Source: Lama glama (taxonomy: Eukaryota). From it: DNA of 64,000 nt. Position numbers and translations under genes: made by a program. The stretch is from NCBI GenBank assembly GCA_028534125.1, contig CM052832.1, forward strand, positions 5,830,001-5,894,000, read 5' to 3'. Below are positions 55,596 to 64,000 of the stretch, piece after piece; the first letter of the stretch is position 1; each line of letters starts with the position of its first letter. A model generated the notes under the pieces. The model was not told where the DNA came from and did no database searches. It saw only the letters and a program-made list of their open reading frames with translations.

Positions 55596-55653
55596 CTCCT
55601 GATGGATTTCCAGCACAGCAGAAGACTTCCGGACTGTGGTCACGGTGTGCAGC
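55596..55653 (-). CDS. OPN5: Opsin-5 next coding exon (C-terminal tail)
   Basis: Acceptor ccccttcctctgtctag|G completes the split Arg codon (phase 2 fits the upstream exon), then LHTVTTVRKSSAVLEIHQE, matching the OPN5 tail. Ends at GAG|gtatga; without splicing it reads V-stop to 55590. Confidence 0.93.
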
Positions 55654-55783
55654 CTAGACAGAGGAAGGGGAAAACGCAATTGAAAGTGGGTGTATTTATA
55701 TATCTCATAGATACTCATGTATATCATGTTAACCTTGAGTACCATGAAGATTATATGCACAAGACTTGAATTAAGAGATAGAT

Positions 55784-55875
55784 GGGGAGAGTATAGCTCA
55801 GTGGTAGAGCACATGTTTAGGAGGCACGAGGTCCTTCCTGCGTTCAATCCCCAGTACCTCCACTAAGAAAATAAA
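55784..55875 (+). mobile_element. tRNA-derived SINE (camelid Vic-1-like)
   Basis: ggggagagtatagctcagtggtagagc (A box)...gttcaatcccc (B box) agtacctcca plus an A-rich tail. Confidence 0.85.
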
Positions 55876-55947
55876 GATGCTGGTTTGATTTTATTTTTTT
55901 AAAAAAAGAGATGGAAAAATAATAATTTAGTTTAGAATATTCAAAGT

Positions 55948-56116
55948 TGGGGCAAGGGTATAGCTCAGACGGTAGAGTGTCTGCCTAGCGTGCCCAAGGT
56001 CCTGGGTTCAATCCCCAGTACTTCCACTTAAATAAATAAACCTAATTTCCTCCTTACCGCAAAATAAAATAAATAAAATGAGTTAAAATAAATAAAGATT
56101 AATTAATTAATTAATT
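55948..56116 (+). mobile_element. tRNA-derived SINE (camelid Vic-1-like) with 14-bp TSD
   Basis: A and B boxes, tail aaataaataaacctaatttcctcc. TSD agaatattcaaagt (55934-55947) and agaatattcgaagt (56117-56130). Confidence 0.92.
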
Positions 56117-56599
56117 AGAATATTCGAAGTCAAGAAATCCCTTGGGCAGAGCTTTCCAAATATAAGCCACTAGTTTATGAAGCATTTCCTGTGAGTTTCT
56201 TATCCTCTAGGACGAAATCCACCGCACACCTACCTACCACTCAGGTGGGCTCACCCACTGAAAGAATGCTCTTTGGAACGACAGCATTTAAACTAAGGTG
56301 GTCAAGGAGGCTCGACTACAAGCAATGCCAGAATTTGGGGCTTTGTTCTTCTTTGTTCTCTACTTTTACTGAAGTTCTAGGGGCATGGAATGTGGTCCTT
56401 CTCTATGCACCCCCGGCATTTTTGAGCATTTCTATTACCCCCTCCACCCCAAGACTGGCCTCGCATCTGAAGTCACTGGGGGTGGGTGGCCTCACCAGTT
56501 GCTGGATAGGTGGGTGAGAGGCGTATGACTCCATGAGCCCCCGTGTCAGTGTTTCCCTTTCCCAGACTCTGGGTCACTGGCTTTCAAAAATGACCAAGT

Positions 56600-56765
56600 G
56601 AGAGAACCATCTGGGAGAGAGAACCAGCCAAATCACTGAAGCTCAGGTCCCATCCAGACCGATTCAATCCAAGTTCCTGCAGCTGGGGTCCAGGTAGCAG
56701 TTTTTTTTTTTTTTTCCAATTTCCCTGGGTGTGTCTAACACACAGCCAGGGTGCAAAAACATTGC
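56600..56765. mobile_element. MER5A-like (hAT-Charlie) element
   Basis: cccatccagaccgattcaatc...ggggtccagg...ccctgggtgtgtctaacacacagccagggtgcaaaaacattg. Confidence 0.65.
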
Positions 56766-57984
56766 TCACAAAATATGGGAGGCTACGTCTGGATAATGTA
56801 GTCTAGCGAGTAATAACATTTCAAAAAGCATTCTTGGCCACGTTGCTTTTCCTTCAGTTTATCAGTCTCTACCAAAATTGCAGGGGACTCAATTCAGAGG
56901 AAAAAAAAAAAGCAGTGAGTTAATTTTTAGTGAACTGTGACAATTACTCAAAATTTACTTCCACAATCTCATAGTCAACACATTAGCTTTTTGATTTGAA
57001 TTCAAAATATTTCCCAAGAGGGCCTCCCATCATAAGTAAATACAGTTGAGAGCTCAGAAAAAGAAAGATAAGGATAAAATTAATCTGGTTTAATTCAGTT
57101 GAATTGCTCTGGTGGTACGTTAACCCCTCTGAACTTGACCTCACTCTGTAAGCTCTACGTGACCCATTGTCTTAGCTTCTAAATAACAACAAAGACAAAT
57201 AAAATTCTTTTGGGCAGTTTGTTTGTCTTCTTGGGAAAGCTTAAAACAAAAACAAAAACAAAAACCACGTCTGGTGGCCTCTTCACAGCCTTCTGACTCT
57301 CCTCCGAAGCAGATCCTGCTAAAATCTGCCAGCTCATCACACCTCTTCAGTGTGATTTCCCTGAAGATGCTTCGATGTCCAGAATCCAAGGCGTCCAGCC
57401 TGCTTCAGCACTACTGCCTGCTTTTCGCACCAGAAGCTGAAACTCTGGGGTCGGGAATTAGCCCTGGTCCTCCAGTAAGGCAGCTACTGTATTTCAGATA
57501 AACGGCTAAGAGGAGTAGGTGAACCGAATTCTCTCTTGCCTGGCTGATCTTTCCAAAGGTTTGCGGCCCAAGGTCTCTTTCTTCTACATAAATGTCTCTC
57601 TTTGCATCGCTAAGTGTTGAATACTGACGTGCTAGTCACACCTGTGAGCGACTAAACAGAGCCCAGAGTCAGTCTCAAGCAAAATTAGAAGGTAAGTGGA
57701 ATTTGCCTTCAGCCTTTCCTGTCAAATTCTGCCCTCCTTCGGATGAAAAAGTGCCCCCACCACCTTCTCCCACAACTGCTGTACTGAAAGTATTCTTTCT
57801 ACCTGCATTCATGCTACAGTATTAATAGCTGACGAGGGCAAAGTGTTTCACATCCAAAATAGATGCATTTTAGTATCTGAATTTATATTCAACTCAACAA
57901 AGCACATAATAACCACCACCAAGTTGGGGAAGAAAAAACACTAAACTGTTGTCACCTAGCCCCCTTTACATGGGCATTTTGTGT

Positions 57985-58178
57985 AATTATTACAGCTTAT
58001 TAAGCATATTATTTAATAATAATTACTCATTATTATTTTACTGTTTATTTGTATTATTTTATTATATTATTTATTGTTTGTAATTATTATAAATTATGTA
58101 ATAAAACTGTATTATATATTATTATATTATTTATAATTATGTTAATAAAATAATTAATAAATTTATAAGGCTTATTAA
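57985..58178. repeat. AT-rich low-complexity tract
   Basis: Almost purely A/T, degenerate (TAA/TTA)n. Confidence 0.85.
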
Positions 58179-58859
58179 GACAGGCATTGCTATGAGCTCA
58201 TCCCAGCCCTAGGCTCTAAGTAGTTCCTTTTCCCAAAGATAAAGAACTTTGCTACTGTAAATAGCAAAGTTGTTCTTAAACACTTGCCTGCTGCCTCGAA
58301 ACTGTTTCTCCCCCTGGAACCATAGCACCGCTGACAACACTACCTTTCATTTGTGCCTTTTTAAATCTTTTTTCTTTGATGCTGTACCTACATGCTGAGG
58401 ACACGTAAAGGTCCGAAGATCTGTCACTTGTTCAACTTGCTCAAGCAGAGTGAGAGAACAAGGTGAAAACCCACATCTTGTAGTCACTTCTACCTTTCTC
58501 CTCCGTTCCCTACCTACTCAAAGAAAATAGGATGCAAAAACCTTCTAGAGCTTATGAACTAAGGGGCCTCCCCAGCACCCCTCATTGCCGACCAGGGATG
58601 CGGTGCCTGTTTCACATTCACCAAGGCTGGCTCTGAGTGGACACACAAAACGACCAATCGTCCTCTACTCTTTCACCCTCAGACTTTGGGGTCTTTGGGA
58701 AAAATGGTGCTGGATCCCCAGACTTGTTCATCGTGTAACAGAAGATGTAAAATAGGAGATCAAAACCACAAAACATCGGGGAAGGGAGTATAAAAACGTA
58801 GATCTTTTTATACTGTGTTTGAACTTGGATGACTATCTGTTTAAAGCAAGTAGACATAG

Positions 58860-58975
58860 GGGTCTTGAATTTTGAAGCCAAACAGACCCTCACCTTACTT
58901 GAACCTCAGTTTCCTCATCTGACAAAGAGAAGGAATCATATGGGTCTGTTGTGAAAATAAAATAAAGAACTTGGC
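58860..58975 (+). mobile_element. MIR fragment
   Basis: cttgaacctcagtttcctcatctg...ctgttgtgaaaataaaat. Confidence 0.65.
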
Positions 58976-59440
58976 AGAAAGTAAAAAGTCACCTCCCTGA
59001 TTCCCCTGCCTTGGCCCATCCAAATCTTGTACTTTAAGCTAATAGTAGAAATGTCCTCAAAGAAGAGAATCTTTTCTGTTGTGAAAGCTTAATTTTGGCT
59101 CAACGCTACGTAGCGCAGTAGCACTGGAGTGAAATGGATTTGCTTCCACGTACGTAAGAGTGATAAAAGGCGACTGCTCAAATTGGCGTGGTTCCGTAAG
59201 TTAGCTGCTCTACAGTTGAAAACAAAACCACTTTTCTCACCCTTTCTACCTGTGGTCCAACTCCTTCATACCTGATTACTTGATTTGGGGAATTTTAATG
59301 AAGAGAAAATAAAGTCCTTCTAGCGCTAACACTCAGTGATGAACTCTGACTCTAAGAGGGCAGCACAGCCTAGTGGCTTGAACCCCAGGGGATTTAGAAA
59401 CAGAGAAGGTCTCATCCATCTCCAGTTTCTGAAATTGTAC

Positions 59441-59682
59441 CTGAAGTCTTCCAAAGATTTCTTCTTAGTTGCTTTCAAACCACCCGTTTGGCAACAGGCA
59501 AATTTGTAATCGATGACCTGGTAAATGATGGGGTTGTACATCGCTGCTGACTTCGCAAGGAGGGTTGGCACCACGGAGAGCTGGATGGGGATGGAGTCTG
59601 GCCTCCCAAAAGCTGACCACACCGAAACCACGGCGTAGGGAATCCAGGCGATCAGGAAGCCAGCGCAAATCAGCATGGCCAC
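59441..59682 (-). CDS. OPN5: Opsin-5 (neuropsin) internal coding exon encoding TM6, TM7 and helix 8
   Basis: Translates as VAMLICAGFLIAWIPYAVVSVWSAFGRPDSIPIQLSVVPTLLAKSAAMYNPIIYQVIDYKFACCQTGGLKATKKKSLEDF(R). It has WxPY in TM6, the Schiff-base Lys (AAG, 59553-59551) and NPIIY. Acceptor cttccctccacag|GTG, donor TTCAG|gtacaa; 242 bp, phase 0 to phase 2. Confidence 0.97.
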
Positions 59683-60464
59683 CTGTGGAGGGAAGGTGAC
59701 AAGAGAACAAAATCAAGACACCCGGAGGAAATGATGGGGAGGGGACAAAGATGGTAGCCTGTTTATACCCAAGAAAGTCTATTAGCTTTTCATGTATCTT
59801 GCCAATCAGAATCATTTCTTACGGACTTCTGAGATGTTCAGAAGAAGTTATAAGGATTCTTTACCATTTACCGCAGCCTCTGCGTTCTCCACTCTAGGAT
59901 TTGAATGCACACAAAGACCCAAGGTTTAACCCCACAAAAGCTGTCCGGTTATGCCTACATTGAGCAGGAAATCACGCTAAAAAGACATCTGTGCTCCTGA
60001 AACTTCCCGACTTCTCAACCCACATTCACTTACAAACTAGATGGAGACTATGTTCACCTTGATGAAATTTTTAATCACTCATATTTGCCTCAGAAAACTT
60101 AGAAACTCTACCCTTGTTTGAAATTCTAATAGGAATCTTCTTCAGAGCTTTCTATTAAATGTTATCTCTTGGGGCTCAAGTTTTTCTCAAGTTTGAGGCT
60201 CAGGGAGTGGAAATTCACTGGCTACAAAAGAAAAGAGAGTGATCGAGCTTGAACCAAAATGGCACAGTAGTATCAAATGAGGTTTTTCCAGAAAGTGCTT
60301 TTCTCACTCAGAAAATTATATTTACCTTAGGAGCCTCTTAACTTCCAGACCACAGACTGGTTAGAGATGGGGTTTAAGGTCCCCTGACTAGTGTCTCACC
60401 ACCTTTAGGAATGTAGTTCTAATTTGTGCCCGTGACTCTCTGTCTGACCCTGGAGATTGTCCCA

Positions 60465-61000
60465 CTTAAATTCAGCACAACTTTTTTTAGCAAGTGCTTT
60501 GTGTAAGACACTGTGTGAGTGCAGCTGGGGAGGCCAGCACACCTCCGTGCCTGGGTTGTCACCCTCCAGAACACAAACACCTACAGCACAAAGCTGAACG
60601 GGGTTTAAGCGCCAGTCGGAGGAGGACGGGGTTTAAGTGCCAGCTCAGAGGAGGACAAAACTACTCGCGATGGAGCCAAGTAAGAACAGTTCCATGAGGA
60701 ACGTGGCATGTAAAATGCACGTTGGCAAGTGGAAGTAAAGGCATCCTGGCGACACCAGCAGGAGCCAAGGCACAGACAGGTCTGTGCGAGGTTGTACAGG
60801 AAGCAGGCGGCACGTCACTCTGGTGTATGAGAAAGCAGCAAAGAGAAACACATCTGGAAAGACAGCCAACATCCATGTCCTCGGGGTTCTGCGCAACGTC
60901 CTACTGAGCCCGCACTTCACTCCATGTGCCTGGAGGCATTAGTGGAATTCTGAGCAGGAGACGTGGGAGAGCTGTGTTTAGGAAGATTAACCTGTAAACT
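60465..61000 (-). mobile_element. Degraded L2 fragment containing a ~28-bp tandem duplication (60598-60656)
   Basis: attcagcacaacttttttagcaagtgctttgtgtaagacactgtg...ctgagcaggagacgtg...ttaggaagattaacct; unit acggggtttaag(c/t)gccag...gaggagg occurs twice. Confidence 0.55.
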
Positions 61001-61028
61001 AAAATGCAATGGGAAGAAATAGGAAGCT

Positions 61029-61168
61029 GGGGGAGGAGATCGCTCAGGGGCAGAGTGCCTGCCTAGCATGCAGGAGGTCCTGGGTTTAATCCCCACTACC
61101 TCCAGTTAAGCAATAAGTAAATAGACAAACCTCATTACCTCCTCCACCAAATAAATAAATAAAATAAA
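61029..61168 (+). mobile_element. tRNA-derived SINE (camelid Vic-1-like)
   Basis: ggggga...gctcaggggcagagtgcctgcctagcatgcaggaggtcctgggtttaatccccactacctcca...aaacctcattacctcc plus A tail; flanked by aagaaatagga and aagaaataaga (degenerate TSD). Confidence 0.9.
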
Positions 61169-64000
61169 AAGAAATAAGAGGGTGAAAGGTCATTGTTTAT
61201 TCACTCAGTCAACAGAGACTGGCAAAGGAAGTCCAAGGCGTGGGTTTTATCTTACCCCAGTTGAGAGACACTGCGCTAACTTCAAAGTATCCTTCTACTG
61301 TAATCTGCAAGAATATACTGTAATCTGTAAGGTAAATAACGAAATGGTGGTCAAGTTTGCCCTCGGTGTGGTGGAACTCTGGTGGTGTGTGTTTGTATTT
61401 CTTTTCCTCTTCCCAGTACCTCTTCCACCTTAGTGTCCCCTTCGTCCCTTCTGGTTTTGGAGTTGGCATCACAGGAATCACAGGACCCAAGTCTGACCAG
61501 AAGACTGCGCGCCCCTGGCTGCAATCGTAGGAACAGGGGTGGACACGTGACCAGAAAGAGCATAGTCAGATCCACCTTTGGGATTTTATAAGGCAGTCTG
61601 AGGAAAAGTCAGCCTTCCTTTTTTACCTTTGAGTTCTCTAAAATCCTGGGAGGAGGAAAGGATGGAGGTCTCTGAGGCCAGGCCACCACTTCCTCTTTCC
61701 CCCACCCCCTTGCTGAAGAAGCAAAGTGACAATTCCCAACATCCAGGTCACAGCAAGCTGGCGTGGAGAATCAGGGATGAGAAATGGGACATCAAATGTT
61801 TTATTAATAACAGTTCAAACAACGATATTTGTGCCTGCCTTTTTGTTTTTGAAATCCAACTGGAGAAGTTTTTCTTATAACGAAGTCATTTGTATGCATG
61901 TGCATTTCAAGGTGCTGTAGTGGGAGCAGGGCTCTTGTGTGCAGGAAGTGGTCCGTGCCCTTGGTCTACCTGATGTGTGGAACAGCCTGCCAGTAGGGTG
62001 TCCTCACCCTGAGAACCCCACATTTGTGTGGTGTGTCCAGACGGAAGCATGGGGAATCTACCCGAAAATCTCAGGTTCAAAATTTCTACCCCAGAAGTTC
62101 AAGGCTCATTTCTAAATATTAACTACTGGAAAAAAAAAAAAAACAGTATCCATTTTGCAAATACATAATCTCAATCCCAAAGTGATGAAGCAAATGAACC
62201 CAGACCTCCTGCACATCCTGCAGCCCCCGCGCTAGGGTCCTGAGCCAAAATGCTCACCTGTGCCCAGCAGTTATCAGCGAGGTGGGCGCATACATGCAGT
62301 TTGCTCGCTTTTCCATCTTTCTGCAGAAGCTTACCCAGGAGAAATGGTGTCAGGGTTTGGTCTGTGTGACTTCTGGTTATAAATGGAATGGATGCCCCAA
62401 AGCTCTCAGGGACGGTCTTTTTTTTTTTTTTTTCTAAATCCCCAAACAAACAATAACTATATAAATAAAGCCTGCTCTAGCAGGTGTCTGGGAACTTCAC
62501 ACAGCTCCATCCTGTCTCCTTTGGTGAGCCATAAGATGACTTCACAGTGTCTCCAAAGCTGTTTTCTGTGCTGCTGCCAAAGTCATTGACAAGAAACAGA
62601 TTAGCACTTAGTCCTTAATATTTCCCCATTTTACGTATTTGCTGTTTTTAATGGGCATGGGCAATGGGGAAGAGGAGGGACTTAAAACATGTGCATCCTA
62701 TTATCCTTTTTTAAAAAGACACAGGAGACTTAAATACACCGCGATTTTTAAACACATCGCAAATGAATCGGTGTGCTTTCTCTGAGGTTAGAATAAAGCC
62801 AAATGCTTCAAGCTGAATGACTAGAAATCAAGTTTAAAGCAGAAAGAGGGATAAAAGCTTAGCTCTAAGAGTACTGCATAGTGTTACTTACATTTTTGAA
62901 GTGAATACAAAGTTAATATGAGGCACAATCGTTTTCTACAAGCTTCTCATGTACAAATATACTCCACACATCATATTAAGTATTCAAATAATTTTAAGAT
63001 AGATTGCAAAAATTTGCAAACCTTTCTTGTTACACCCAGTGATCCCAGAACTTTCTACTCAACTTGGAGCACATTTAATCTTCCCATCAGTCTTTTCCTT
63101 ACTTCCCACATTTCTGAGTGTTTCCTCTTTTCTATTTTCCAAAATCTCTCTCCCAGACATCTTCAAACCAGCTCTAACACAGGCACTTGTTCCTGTCAGT
63201 TTCTTCTAAGTTGTTTATTTTTTAAGAGCTTCGCTTTTGTCACTGCCTTTTGGTTCACTGGAAAGGGAGCAAAAACATCCAACTCTTAAATTAGACAGGT
63301 TTTGTGGGAGGAAATTCACAGAATACGTGTTTTAGCTTCTACAAAAGAATCACACATCTGCAACCCAGTTGATTTTAAATATATCTTGCTGCAGCTACAA
63401 ACCAAAGGATATCGGTATGTTCCAGCTCCAGTTCAAGCTGGCATCAAGTGTCACATAAGCAATATTGCCCACATGGATCCATTCCAGGGAATTAACCAAT
63501 GGAAGCAAAAATTGAATAGAGTCGAAAGTAAATTCTCCAAGTTATACAAGGCTCTGCCTCTTGACCTGATACGTCTGAACCATTACAGCAGAAAACGCGT
63601 CCAAGAAGGGAAGTCCTGTCCTGTCTGCATGCCGAGGCCACGTGGGAGAGCGGAAAAGTCTGACGTGGAGACACTCCAGGACTTGGATTCCAATTACGGT
63701 TCAGCTCCACTGACCAGTGTGAGGGAGACAGAATCCCTGACTCTCTGAGACCTGCCACTTCAGTTCCTCGCACCAGGCTCCTTTGCCCAGACAGAAGTAA
63801 GACTGTAGCCAACGCTGGAAGCTGCGTGCTGGCCTTGGATAATGAAATACATGAGGAGAGGGCTTGATATGGGAGTGAAGGCTTACAATGAGGGCGAGAG
63901 ATGTGGAATAAATTCCCCACCAACCATGAGACTGAATCACACTCCAGAACCAGCTAGACTGCTGATAACAGAGATATTTCAGTGGCTGGGATGAGATAAG

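Noticed and set aside
59326..59440. ORF extension YNFRNWRW... after the OPN5 exon
   Set aside because: It is intron read-through past the GT donor; OPN5 similarity continues in the 55653 exon.
55784..61100. tRNA-like sequences at 55784, 55948 and 61029
   Set aside because: They have A-rich tails, TSD-like flanks and degenerate stems, so they are SINE heads and not tRNA genes.
63302..63923. Overlapping 148-aa and 143-aa ORFs in the OPN5 intron
   Set aside because: No opsin or other recognisable similarity; upstream OPN5 exons appear to lie beyond the window.

Overview
Mammalian genomic DNA, most likely a camelid (alpaca/llama/camel), judged from three Vic-1-type tRNA-derived SINEs. The window covers the convergent 3' ends of two genes. 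On the + strand are the end of the last intron and the large terminal coding exon of PTCHD4 (7553-9186), followed by a long, repeat-poor, probable 3'UTR. On the - strand are two coding exons of OPN5/neuropsin (59441-59682, with the retinal-binding Lys and NPxxY; 55596-55653) and a candidate tiny terminal exon near 43.4 kb. The rest is intronic or intergenic DNA with ordinary eutherian repeats (MIR, L2, L1, MLT1/ERVL LTRs, MER20, MER5, MER58, Arthur1, a Tigger1 derivative) and microsatellites. A 100-N gap at 2508-2607 is flanked by a 272-bp near-identical duplication that is probably an assembly artefact. I found no supportable evidence of a previously undescribed biological system; the best leads are alternative OPN5 C-termini and a possibly very long PTCHD4 3'UTR. 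Gene and repeat names come from recall, not database searches, and repeat boundaries are approximate.
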